The notes: generated by a model from the sequence alone, not told the origin. A DNA stretch of 64,000 nucleotides from an uncultured Nitrospina sp. (GCA_964344595.1 CAYFNV010000003.1:7014-71013); one strand, 5' to 3'; numbered from the stretch's first letter, positions 29,427 to 40,080 are shown. Program-made: numbers and translations.

Positions 29427-29496
29427 GTTTTGGTCTCCGAACCAAAACAAGCCTCCAAGCTTTTAACCCGTTAGTGAAAAATCCATTTTTTCACTA
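29427..29496 (-). promoter_or_regulatory. Two leader hairpins with GGA loops (CsrA-site-like)
   Basis: Minus strand has TAGTGAAAAA-ATGGA-TTTTTCACTA (29472-29496) and GTTTTGGT-TCGGAG-ACCAAAAC (29427-29448). The SD is CATGGAGGATTACA. Confidence 0.4.
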
Positions 29497-29570
29497 ATAT
29501 TCTGTTGTTACCTCCTGATTCGCGTTATTGATTTACTTCAAACTCAGGATACAAACATGCTCAATGAGGC

Positions 29571-29597
29571 CTATCGGAACAGGATTAAATATCTTTA
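29571..29597 (-). promoter_or_regulatory. Sigma-28 (FliA)-type promoter
   Basis: Minus strand reads TAAAGATA-N-TCCGATAG (TAAA-N15-tCCGATAg), immediately after a T8 run. Confidence 0.6.
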
Positions 29598-29748
29598 GAA
29601 AAAAAACGCGCAGGGGCGATGGCAAGAGGTGTGAAAGAGGATATGAAGTTCCGAGGGCGCCGGGTTTGAGCTGTATATAAAGTTATATAAAATAATGACT
29701 TCTGATTTATATAGTTCTTGCCCGGCCCTGGTTTTGGGTCAGAAAAAA

Positions 29749-30609
29749 TTATTGAATAATATCTAATAAATTCTGACCCGATAAGTTGGCTTGCCCGACC
29801 ATGTTTATCGAAGCCTGGGCAATAATCTGATTTCTAGTTAGAATCGCAATTTCCTCAGCAATGTCTGCATCGCGCATGGAAGAATCTGCCGCTGTCAGGT
29901 TTTCGATGGAAACTCCTAGATTACCAAGTGCTTTTAAAAAACGGTTTTGCAGGGCACCGGTTCTACCTCGAGCTGAGTTTAAAGTACCTAAAGTAATGTC
30001 AATTTGATCCAAAGCCGCTTGAGCATCATCTGATGTTGTGACAGACAAACCGCTGATTCCTAATTGAGTAGAATTACTGGCAGTCAAGTCCAGTTCTACA
30101 TTTAGGTTGATCCGGCTTGCAGTCTCACTATTGATTCCAATTTGAACAGAAGCCTGTTCAGAACTTTGAATTGCTTGTGCCAAAGAACCATCCAGCAGTG
30201 TCTTGCCATTGAATTCTGTGGTCGCTGCGATTCGATCGATTTCGGCCACCACAGAGGCAAACTCTAACTGAAGTGTCTGTCGTTCAAATTCTCCGATGGT
30301 TCCTGAAGCTCCTTGTGTGGCCAGTTCTTTAAGACGGATTAGTGAGGAGGCTTGTTCATTCAATGCACCTTCAATAACGTTGATCATTGAGATTCCGTCA
30401 TTGAGGTTTCGGACCCCTTGTCTCAGTGCCCTGACATCAGAGCGGAGGGATTCCGAGACTGCAAGGCTTGCTACATCGTCGGCACCTTTATTAACTCGGG
30501 TTCCAAACGACACTCGCTCTATAGATTGCCCCACTCGCTTGCTATTGATATCTAAAAATCTTTGAGCTGTATTGGATAAAGTGTTGGTGATGATGCTGTT
30601 GGTAGACAT
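29749..30609 (-). CDS. Flagellin (286 aa from the ATG at 30609)
   Basis: MSTNSIITNTLSNTAQR..., RVNKGADDVASLAVSE and RNQIIAQASINMVGQANLSGQNLLDIIQ. The longer track ORF overlaps the upstream gene. Confidence 0.9.
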   Translation of the reverse strand: MSTNSIITNTLSNTAQRFLDINSKRVGQSIERVSFGTRVNKGADDVASLAVSESLRSDVRALRQGVRNLNDGISMINVIEGALNEQASSLIRLKELATQGASGTIGEFERQTLQLEFASVVAEIDRIAATTEFNGKTLLDGSLAQAIQSSEQASVQIGINSETASRINLNVELDLTASNSTQLGISGLSVTTSDDAQAALDQIDITLGTLNSARGRTGALQNRFLKALGNLGVSIENLTAADSSMRDADIAEEIAILTRNQIIAQASINMVGQANLSGQNLLDIIQ

Positions 30610-30679
30610 TTTGTTTTCCTTCCCTGAGTGTTTTATCGCACATTTCGTTGTGCGGAAATAATGAAGAGAGGTTATCTCA

Positions 30680-31417
30680 TCAATACTCTCTTTTGTCTTT
30701 TCTAAAGTAGCTGGTTGCCAATCGAATAAATTCCCTGGTTTGCCCATAAGAATCGGGTGCCGAGCTTGCGGCACGGTGATTTTCGATAGCGGTAGCCAGA
30801 TGTTTTTTAATTTCCAGCAGGTGAGCCTTCAATGCTGAAGATCTTTGTTTCAAGCGGTTAATGATTTCCAGGGCATTTTCCAGAACCATTAACCCTTTTA
30901 ATCCCTTTTGTGGAGAGACGATAGACAAGTCTCCCAGTCCAAGGGTTTTAGAGGTTATAGATGGTATGTTAAGGCTTTTATTAAGATTGATACGGTTTTC
31001 AGGTGAACCATTTGCTCCTACAACCAGAAAGGAATGTGAATCTGTTTGTGCCGAAGCAGAAATCGAACCATCGAGAAACTTTTTCCCATTATGCTTAAAA
31101 GTTTTTGCAACTTGATCCAGTTCCTTCAACTTTTGAGAAACTTTTTTTTCCAAACCGGATTTATGTGCAACTTCCAAGTTTGACGCCAAACCAGGGGAAA
31201 CCCAATGCTTGACTTGCGATAAAATTGTTTCTATTTCATCGTAAGAGCTTTCAACAACTGAAACCAACTCCATTCCCAGCGATACATTGTGAATGGCTTG
31301 ATCCAGCTTCTTTGGGTCCGTTTCCTGATTATTGAACTTTTTAAACTCAGAAACTTCAAAACTGGATTCGATATCTTCAATTTTGCAGGCAAAGCTGGCG
31401 GTTGCTTTCTGATTCAT
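30680..31417 (-). CDS. Flagellin-derived protein lacking both D0 termini (245 aa)
   Basis: The core aligns by eye to the neighbouring flagellins (KELDQVAKTFKHNGKKFLDGS vs EIDRIANTTAFNGQKLVDGS; NRINLNKSLNIPSITSKTLGL vs SRINLNEQINLTAVTASALGV). There is no N-terminal xINTN/RINxADDAAG and no C-terminal QANxxPQxVLxLL. Confidence 0.6.
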   Translation of the reverse strand: MNQKATASFACKIEDIESSFEVSEFKKFNNQETDPKKLDQAIHNVSLGMELVSVVESSYDEIETILSQVKHWVSPGLASNLEVAHKSGLEKKVSQKLKELDQVAKTFKHNGKKFLDGSISASAQTDSHSFLVVGANGSPENRINLNKSLNIPSITSKTLGLGDLSIVSPQKGLKGLMVLENALEIINRLKQRSSALKAHLLEIKKHLATAIENHRAASSAPDSYGQTREFIRLATSYFRKDKREY

Positions 31418-31466
31418 GACAGACTCCTGACTGACAATTGTTGGATTAATCCGGTAAATAATTCGA

Positions 31467-32324
31467 TTAAGCCAGCAACTGTAAAATTGACTGTGGAATC
31501 AGGTTTGCCTGACCAACCATTGCCGTAGAAGACTGTACGAGAATTTGATTTCGGGTCAGAGTTGCAATCTCTTCGGCGATATCAGCATCCCGGATAGCAG
31601 ACTCCGCGGTTTGCAGGTTTTCAATTGAAACAGATAGGTTTCCTACAGATCGTGTCAATCTGTTTTGTACCGCACCCACCTTACCACGGCCCTGAGTAAT
31701 AGTAGAGATAGCCGTGTTAATGGTATCTAGAGTGGTCAACGCTTCACTCGCCGCCGTAACGGACAGTGTATCGATTCCCAAACTCGTGGAAGTAATAGCT
31801 GTTAGATTGATCTCCGTATTCAGATTGATTCGGCTATTGGCACCGCTGTCAATACCAACCTGGATGAGAACATGGTTAGCAGTTGCTGTACTGGAAGCCA
31901 GCGCGCCATCTACAAGTCCCTGTCCATTAAACTGTGTGGTCGCTGCGATACGGTCGATTTCATTTCGGAGAGACGAGAACTCAAGCTGGATAGTCGCACG
32001 TTCAGTGGAACCAACGGTACCTGTTGCTGCCTGAGAAGCCAGTTCCCGAAGTAGAATCAGGATGCTTGATTGCTCATTAAGCGCACCTTCAGCAACGTTG
32101 ATGAGTGAAATACCGTTATTTGCGTTTCGAATTGCCTGGCGCAGTCCTCGGATATCAGAACGGAGTGCTTCAGAAATAGCCAGTCCGGCAGCGTCATCGG
32201 CACCTCTATTGATTCTGATTCCTGAAGAAATTCGCTCGACTGATGTAGCAAGACGGTCGTTGTTGGCGCCCAGAATCCTTTGGGCATTAAGCGAGGCGAT
32301 ATTGTTAAAAATTCTTACTGGCAT
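31467..32324 (-). CDS. Flagellin (285 aa)
   Basis: Canonical termini, very similar to 26817..27674 and 28536..29393. Confidence 0.95.
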   Translation of the reverse strand: MPVRIFNNIASLNAQRILGANNDRLATSVERISSGIRINRGADDAAGLAISEALRSDIRGLRQAIRNANNGISLINVAEGALNEQSSILILLRELASQAATGTVGSTERATIQLEFSSLRNEIDRIAATTQFNGQGLVDGALASSTATANHVLIQVGIDSGANSRINLNTEINLTAITSTSLGIDTLSVTAASEALTTLDTINTAISTITQGRGKVGAVQNRLTRSVGNLSVSIENLQTAESAIRDADIAEEIATLTRNQILVQSSTAMVGQANLIPQSILQLLA

Positions 32325-32415
32325 TTTCCTAATCCTCCACCATGAGTTGGAATTGTTGTGCCGCTAATATTCGGTTTTAACTATTTGCTACTGCTTCTGA
32401 AGAGTCTTTATTTTT

Positions 32416-32490
32416 AGTGGCACATCCTCAGTTTTCCACTATTGCCCCTGAAGAATCTTTGTTTTAAGTGGCTTTCCTCAGCATTCCACT
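32416..32490 (-). promoter_or_regulatory. Tandemly duplicated leader hairpins with GGA loops (CsrA-site-like)
   Basis: Minus strand has AGTGG-AATGCTGAGGAAAG-CCACT (32467-32490) and AGTGG-AAAACTGAGGATGTG-CCACT (32416-32440). Confidence 0.4.
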
Positions 32491-32579
32491 TTATTTTTCA
32501 ATTCTTTAAGTCAGAAACCAGGTTTATAAAGGCCTGTTTTATTGTCCCTTTTGTTACGGGACATTTCTGCTTAATTGGG

Positions 32580-32606
32580 TTATCGGTGAGAAAGCTTAGA
32601 ACTTTA
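32580..32606 (-). promoter_or_regulatory. Sigma-28 (FliA)-type promoter
   Basis: Minus strand reads TAAAGTTC-N11-ACCGATAA, matching 7 of 8 in the -10 element with a 15-nt TAAA to -10 spacing. Confidence 0.65.
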
Positions 32607-32628
32607 ATAAAAAGCTTAAAAAAAATTA

Positions 32629-33372
32629 TTATTTTTCTTCCCACCACTTTTTTTGCTGGACATCACTATTTATGGAAGCTGTATCAGGGTGGGAGTTAAG
32701 GTATTCAATAGCTGTTTTCAAACTCAATGGTGACTCAGGAGAGTTAGGGAGGTTATTAAAAATTTCTTCCATCAGTTGAAAATCTTTTTCCGTATCAACT
32801 GTCAGGCGGAAGGTGCAATCTTGTAAGTAAAGGGGAGCATTAACGCGTTTGATCCTGAAAGAGGAAGGGTGATCATGAAACCAAGTGGTAACATGTTCGC
32901 GGTACTTAGAATCTACAGCCTGTTCGCTTATTTTTTTCAAAGCCTCAAAACGAATTATTTCACAGGCACTTCCCAAGGGTACGGGATTTTGCGGAACCGT
33001 GTAATCGGCTTCCTCTGAAAGATGTGATTGAATGAGAGAACTTAAGAGTTGTATATCAATAAGGGGATTGTCGCCACAAACCCTAACCACATGTACTGTT
33101 TTGATACTTTCTCCCGCTTTTATAAACCGTCCCAAAACATCTTCCTCCGGTCCCTGGAAAACTGGAATCTCAAGCCGATGGGCCAGTTCAATCAATGGGT
33201 ATTCTGATCTTTTTTCTGGGATAGCCAGTTGAATCAGATCAATTTCCGGCACCTGTTTCAAACGAATAATGATATGCTCCAGCAGAGGAAGTCCTGCAAT
33301 CGTGCGCAGGCTTTTGCCAGGAAGGCGGGTAGACTCTAATCGTGCTTGAATGATAGCGGTGACAGAAACCAT
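32629..33372 (-). CDS. SpsF/NeuA-like cytidylyltransferase (nucleotide-sugar activation)
   Basis: N-terminal AIIQARLESTRLPGKSL and VVRVCGDNPLID motifs are typical of the acylneuraminate/SpsF cytidylyltransferase family. Confidence 0.7.
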   Translation of the reverse strand: MVSVTAIIQARLESTRLPGKSLRTIAGLPLLEHIIIRLKQVPEIDLIQLAIPEKRSEYPLIELAHRLEIPVFQGPEEDVLGRFIKAGESIKTVHVVRVCGDNPLIDIQLLSSLIQSHLSEEADYTVPQNPVPLGSACEIIRFEALKKISEQAVDSKYREHVTTWFHDHPSSFRIKRVNAPLYLQDCTFRLTVDTEKDFQLMEEIFNNLPNSPESPLSLKTAIEYLNSHPDTASINSDVQQKKWWEEK

Positions 33373-33430
33373 TTTTTATTCATTAAGTTGAATTTCCGCA
33401 GATATTGTAACCTTTTAAAGGGGATATGTA

Positions 33431-34369
33431 ATGCCGAAATCAATTCGTTCCCTTATTCGGCCTCCTTCATTGAAAGAAGGCGATGTTGTGGGCGTGGTGG
33501 CACCAGCAGGTCCGGTGGATAGGGAACAGTTGAAAACCGGATTAGAAGTAATCCGTAATATGGGGTTTATTCCTTTATTAGGGAAGAATATTCACTCCCG
33601 TTCCCGATATATGGCTGGCTCAGATGAGGAAAGAGCACAGGATTTTATGGATATGTTTCTGAACCCAAAGGTTCGTGCAATTTTTTGTGCTCGCGGCGGG
33701 TATGGTGCCAATCGCATTCTTTCATATCTTGACCGCGAACAGATAAGGGCGAACCCGAAGGCTGTGGTTGGCTCCAGCGATATCACCATGCTTTTGCATT
33801 TTCTAGTTCAGGAGTGCAGGTTAGTTGCATTTCATGGCCCAATGATTGCTGGAAGTTTTGGGCGTGTCGAAATGAAAAAATCAAGTTGTCAATTCAAGGC
33901 GATATTGACAGGAGATCCCAAGGGGAAGAACTTTTACTCTTCAGGTGCGAAGGTTTTTTCCAAAGGGGTAGCCCAGGGAAAAATTACTGGTGGTTGTTTG
34001 ACATTGTTATGCAGATCATTAAAAACTCCCTATGAAATAAAAACTCGAAACAAAATACTGTTGGTCGAAGATGTTAATGAGCCCCTATACCGGATTGATG
34101 GGATGCTTTGGCAATTAAAAAATGCAGGAATCTTTAAAGGTGTGCGCGGATTAATTTTTGGCGAGATGGTGAACTGCTTTCCACAACGAAGAGGTGATGG
34201 AAAGATGGAAGATATTCTCAAAGATCTTTTTCCAAAACCCGAATTCCCGATTTTGACCCATTGTCCGATAGGCCATGGAAAAGAAATCTGGACTCTTCCT
34301 TTAGAAACATCAGCAACTCTCGATAGCGAATCAAAAACTATAGAGCTCAAACATTGCGGTGTCAAGTAG
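33431..34369 (+). CDS. ldcA: LD-carboxypeptidase (peptidase S66, muramoyltetrapeptide carboxypeptidase-like)
   Basis: GDVVGVVAPAG, the nucleophile motif VGSSDIT, LLVEDVNE and CPIGHG. Confidence 0.85.
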   Translation: MPKSIRSLIRPPSLKEGDVVGVVAPAGPVDREQLKTGLEVIRNMGFIPLLGKNIHSRSRYMAGSDEERAQDFMDMFLNPKVRAIFCARGGYGANRILSYLDREQIRANPKAVVGSSDITMLLHFLVQECRLVAFHGPMIAGSFGRVEMKKSSCQFKAILTGDPKGKNFYSSGAKVFSKGVAQGKITGGCLTLLCRSLKTPYEIKTRNKILLVEDVNEPLYRIDGMLWQLKNAGIFKGVRGLIFGEMVNCFPQRRGDGKMEDILKDLFPKPEFPILTHCPIGHGKEIWTLPLETSATLDSESKTIELKHCGVK

Positions 34370-34370
34370 A

Positions 34371-35925
<1,555 letters not shown>

Positions 35926-36061
35926 AGGGAGTTTTGCTTGAAAGGTTTTAAATAATACCCGATATTAACAGAGCTGTTTCACATCTTCAACGTTGTTTGC
36001 CAAGTTCTGGATTGAGTTATATAATCCTCGCAATTGGAAATGTTGTTAACTTTTTACAGGA

Positions 36062-36595
36062 GTGATTGTGAAAGCCAGCCAGACCGAACTTGAAGGAGTA
36101 TTGCTCATTGAGCCCACCGTTCATATTGATTCTCGAGGACGGTTTTTTGAAAGCTATGAAAAGGAAAAATATAGTGCTTTGGGAATCAGGGATGATTTCG
36201 TTCAGGATAACCAGTCACTCTCAAATAAAAATGTGTTAAGAGGTCTTCACTACCGGGTTGATCCGGAACAGGCTAAGCTGGTACGGGTGGTCAAGGGTGA
36301 AGTATTTGACGTAGTTGTAGATATAAGAAAGGGCTCTCCCACCTTTGGAAAATGGCAGGGCTTTATTTTATCGGATACCAATTGCCTTCAGCTCTATGTT
36401 CCAGTTGGCTTTGCACATGGGTTTTGTGTGCTCAGCGATAACGCAGAATTCTTATATAAGGTTTCTCAATATTATTCTGCGGAAAAAGAAAAAGGCATAA
36501 TCTGGAACGACCCGGATATTGGGATTGACTGGCCCGTATCAGACCCGATCCTCTCTGATAAAGATAAACAAAACCCCCGGTTGAAGAGTTTGTAG
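36062..36595 (+). CDS. rfbC: dTDP-4-dehydrorhamnose 3,5-epimerase
   Basis: ELEGVLLIEP..D.RG.F.E, RGLHYR, VVDIRKGSPTFGKW, P.GFAHGF and YY.AE.E.GI.WND. Confidence 0.9.
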   Translation: MIVKASQTELEGVLLIEPTVHIDSRGRFFESYEKEKYSALGIRDDFVQDNQSLSNKNVLRGLHYRVDPEQAKLVRVVKGEVFDVVVDIRKGSPTFGKWQGFILSDTNCLQLYVPVGFAHGFCVLSDNAEFLYKVSQYYSAEKEKGIIWNDPDIGIDWPVSDPILSDKDKQNPRLKSL

Positions 36596-36625
36596 TACAG
36601 TAGTAAAGGTTTTTCCTCGGCAGGA

Positions 36626-37258
36626 TTATTTAGGCTGTATGTATTTTTTGAATTCATTAAAAGCCAGGTTTACGGTTTCTTCTATATTCAATTCCTGACC
36701 ATTCTCGATGGAAGATATATTTTTCACCAGGGTTTCATCCAGATTGTTTTTGAGTTGCTTTTCAAAACTAGCAGAACTGGTTTCAGCACGGTACAGGTTT
36801 AAAATTTCTGAGGCGATGGTTTTCCCCGGTTTGCTATCCAATATTTTATCGTAATCAAAACCCTTGCTTTCACCAAACTCCAATAGGCGGTCGACTTTTT
36901 TTGCAATCTGTTCGTAAGCTTCATCACCTATTGTGGTATGAACAGAATTGGCAAAAACAGGTATCAGGCAATCAGGGATGCCTGGTTGTCTAATATTCTT
37001 TTCCATTAAACGAATAAAAAAACGGCCAACATGTTCTTTACGTTGGTTCCGGTCTTTTCTTTTCATTCGCCTTTTCATTCTGGATTTGTCGCTCTTCTCC
37101 TTAGGAGCATTTCCCGCATTGGAATCTATCAACTGATTGAACATTGATAGAGTTTGCGATTCCGCCTGATTGAATATTTCATCAGAGCTTAAATCGGAAT
37201 TATCCTTTGCGATTTTTAAGATTTTAAAAATAATATCTTGCCTGAGGGTGTCGCTCAT
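36626..37258 (-). CDS. Hypothetical protein with a central K/R-rich segment
   Basis: Clean 210-aa ORF with no recognisable domain. Confidence 0.45.
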   Translation of the reverse strand: MSDTLRQDIIFKILKIAKDNSDLSSDEIFNQAESQTLSMFNQLIDSNAGNAPKEKSDKSRMKRRMKRKDRNQRKEHVGRFFIRLMEKNIRQPGIPDCLIPVFANSVHTTIGDEAYEQIAKKVDRLLEFGESKGFDYDKILDSKPGKTIASEILNLYRAETSSASFEKQLKNNLDETLVKNISSIENGQELNIEETVNLAFNEFKKYIQPK

Positions 37259-37573
37259 ATTTATTTTTTGAACTTTCTGTGAAAAAGAATCTACTTTGTT
37301 GCCATTATTTCCGGCAGGTAATCCTTATGCCTTAGTAGCCACTGATTGTGAATTCATTACTATCAAATGGTTTCATATTATTGTAAAAAAACCTAACATA
37401 AAATTCCTGAACTACTCAATCGGAACCTTTTGAAAAATAGATAATAATATAATAATCAATGTTTTATAGGGCGCTGTTGTCCGATGTTTTATCCCTAATG
37501 TTTTAATGTTTATATGCCGATAAAAACTATAAGCAAGAGAAAAAAGGTTTAATAACTTTGCAGGCTACTAAAA

Positions 37574-38377
37574 ATGTCTCTAAATGTTGCCGAAATAGGA
37601 TATCAAGCTACTCCACCTGAGCACAGAAGTGTTCTGGCTTCTGTGGATGCGTTCGTTTCCAGCGAACTGAGCTTGCAAACCCGTGAAGGCGACTTGGTAA
37701 GTTTATCTTTTGACAGCGAACAGTCTCTGTCTGAATCGCATATCCAGACGCAAGCACAAAATGGTGAGACTGTTCAGGAGTTCAGTTCAGTAGCCCGGGC
37801 GGCTGTTTCTTACTCATTGTCTGTTCAAGGAGACTTAAATGAAGAGGAACTTGCGGCTATTAATAAATTGGCTGCAGAAATTGCCCCGCTGGCTGAAGAA
37901 TTTTTTACCAGTGGCAACTTGAATCTGGAAGATTCAACCAATATTCTTGCTAACAATCTGGGTGAAATCCAGCAAGTGGAATTGGCTTTGGAAAGGACTG
38001 TTGTTGCGACATTTGAGTCACGAAGTGCTATCAGGTTGCCGGAAGAAAATGGCGACATCACCAATATAGAAGCTCTTCCTAACCAAGAGTCAGAGCTTGA
38101 TACGGATGGTATCAGGGATTTTCCAGCTCTGGTTCAAGCAACGATTGATGCAGTTTTTGAATCTGAAGCCGGAAGGATACCCGAACAGGATCCGATTCTT
38201 CGGTCTTTAAACGATCTCTTGGCTTTTATCCGCAATAGAGTTGGCGAGAACTTCAATCCGCCGACCGGTTTGGCCGCCTTACCTATAGAGCCTTCTTCTA
38301 CTGGTGATGGGGCGGTAGACGTAGAACTTACGACTCCTGTAAATGGGAGCGAGTCTCCTGCCCAGCTTGAGCAATAG
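37574..38377 (+). CDS. Hypothetical acidic protein
   Basis: 267-aa ORF that is E/S/A-rich, with no recognisable domain. Confidence 0.45.
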   Translation: MSLNVAEIGYQATPPEHRSVLASVDAFVSSELSLQTREGDLVSLSFDSEQSLSESHIQTQAQNGETVQEFSSVARAAVSYSLSVQGDLNEEELAAINKLAAEIAPLAEEFFTSGNLNLEDSTNILANNLGEIQQVELALERTVVATFESRSAIRLPEENGDITNIEALPNQESELDTDGIRDFPALVQATIDAVFESEAGRIPEQDPILRSLNDLLAFIRNRVGENFNPPTGLAALPIEPSSTGDGAVDVELTTPVNGSESPAQLEQ

Positions 38378-38433
38378 CTCAAATCCGGAATTACACGCCA
38401 GTTTATTTTCCAATTTCTTACCACGTGAGTGGG

Positions 38434-39186
38434 CTAGGGCATGAGTGCTCCGTTATTGATGTCAATGGTTTGTCCGGTGAATGAAGTTTGTTCTTCGGAC
38501 ACCAGGTAAGTTACCAGTTTGGCGACTTCTTCCGGCTTGGACATCTTGCCCAGCGGCACAGCTTTCATTGCTTCTTTATAAGCCTCTTCTTTGGAAACAT
38601 TGAGGATCTCTGCAAATCCTTGCAAGCCCTCTTGCGCCATATCAGTGTCGACCCAACCGGGACATAAAGCGTTAACCAGAATTTTATCCTGACTGTGCTC
38701 TGCGGCCAAAGAACGGGTGAGCCCCAGCAACCCAGCTTTTGAGGCACAATATGCTGAATAACCCGGAACGCCCAACCTTGCAAGAATAGATGAAATTATG
38801 ACAATTTTCTTGTAGGGTGCAGAACTCTTTTTAATAAAAGGAAGGCATTCTTGGATGGTCTTATAAGTACCAGTCAGGTTTGTATCAATAACCTCTTGCC
38901 ACCGATCGTTTTTTCCATATTGATTTTCGCCACCGAGCCCAGCGTTAGCAATGAGAGCGTAAAGAGAAGAGACTTCACTTTTTACCAATGCTTGGCGTAT
39001 TTCTGAGGAACTTCTGATATCACAACTGTGGCATTTGTGCTGCTCAGTATTCTTCAATAAATTTTTTGTGGACTTCAGGTTTTCCAGGTTTCGCCCTAAG
39101 AGGATTAGGGAATAGTCTTGCTCTGCCAGGGCTTCAGCAATGCTTCTGCCGATTCCTGAGCCAGCACCAGTTATAGCAATATTCAT
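38434..39186 (-). CDS. Short-chain dehydrogenase/reductase (FabG-like)
   Basis: TGAGSGIG, NAG, and the catalytic S...YxxxK (YCASKAG). Confidence 0.85.
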   Translation of the reverse strand: MNIAITGAGSGIGRSIAEALAEQDYSLILLGRNLENLKSTKNLLKNTEQHKCHSCDIRSSSEIRQALVKSEVSSLYALIANAGLGGENQYGKNDRWQEVIDTNLTGTYKTIQECLPFIKKSSAPYKKIVIISSILARLGVPGYSAYCASKAGLLGLTRSLAAEHSQDKILVNALCPGWVDTDMAQEGLQGFAEILNVSKEEAYKEAMKAVPLGKMSKPEEVAKLVTYLVSEEQTSFTGQTIDINNGALMP

Positions 39187-40077
39187 TTATTTTTCCTGAA
39201 TATTTTCTGAAAATGGGTTTTTTGAAGGATTCAATAATATCTTGATATACCGGGATAAGGTCTCAGCTTTTTCCGACTCGTTGTTATTTCGGTAAACTTG
39301 TGTCAGGTTATTCATCATTCTTATTAACGTTTCCCGGTTTGTGGATTGTGACAGAAAATGTTCCTCAAAAGGATGTCCAAACTGTTCGACAATTTGAATG
39401 CAATCTGTGCGGGTCAGCAGGCGACCTTGATGGAACGGGTCAAAATAAATCGCATTTTTGGGAAGGTTATATTTGACAATATAATGGCCGGGCAGACCAA
39501 CACCAACAATAGGCAAATCCAATCGTTTTGCAACCAAAATACAAATAGCAGAAAGTGTTATAGGTAATCCGGTTTTATTTTCAAGAACCTTATTTAGGTA
39601 GCTGTTGTCAGCAGCCATATAATTTTCCTGATTACCCTTAAATTTTTCCTCCTGAAAAAGCAGGCGGGTTAAAGCTGATACTACTTGAGATGGCCCTGCG
39701 TCTGGAGTCAAATTCTGTTTCAGTTGGTATGCAAGGGAATCAAGTTTTTTCTTGCAGGCTTCTGAGTCTGAATCAGGGTATCCGAATTCTGTGATCAAAA
39801 GTATTCCCGTTTCCAGATCAACATCCCGACCAAGCCCTTTTTGTGCTAATTGTCTGAATTTTTCTCCAAGTTGTTTCGGGAGAATTGCATTAATCACTTG
39901 CTGTGCCTGGGCACGAAGAGTAACATCTTCGCCCCGAAGAGACATTTCCAGAAAAGGTAAGGCATCTTCACCAAGTTTGACTAACTGAAGGCGAACCTTT
40001 TCCCGTACAAATTCATCCCGGTCCGTCAATAACTGGATCAAGTATGAAATTTGGCCGGGTGGCTTTTGATTGCTCAT
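39187..40077 (-). CDS. SirB1/UPF0162-type transglutaminase-like protein with N-terminal HEAT-like repeat
   Basis: FKGNQENYMAADNSYLNKVLENKTGLPITLSAICILVAKRLDLPIVGVGLPGHYIV...YFDPFHQG matches the Transglut_core2/SirB1 pattern. Confidence 0.7.
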   Translation of the reverse strand: MSNQKPPGQISYLIQLLTDRDEFVREKVRLQLVKLGEDALPFLEMSLRGEDVTLRAQAQQVINAILPKQLGEKFRQLAQKGLGRDVDLETGILLITEFGYPDSDSEACKKKLDSLAYQLKQNLTPDAGPSQVVSALTRLLFQEEKFKGNQENYMAADNSYLNKVLENKTGLPITLSAICILVAKRLDLPIVGVGLPGHYIVKYNLPKNAIYFDPFHQGRLLTRTDCIQIVEQFGHPFEEHFLSQSTNRETLIRMMNNLTQVYRNNNESEKAETLSRYIKILLNPSKNPFSENIQEK

Positions 40078-40080
40078 GAC

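Noticed and set aside
30610-30774. The N-terminal 55 codons of the 341-aa track ORF for the 29749 flagellin.
   Set aside because: They overlap the 3' end of the flagellin-like gene. The canonical flagellin N-terminus MSTNSIITNT starts at ATG 30609, which has a GGAAGGA SD.
26029-32367. Many 60-114-aa ORFs antisense to, or nested within, the flagellin genes.
   Set aside because: They are compositional shadows of the Ala/Ser/Leu-rich flagellin frames. The sense frames have unmistakable flagellin motifs.
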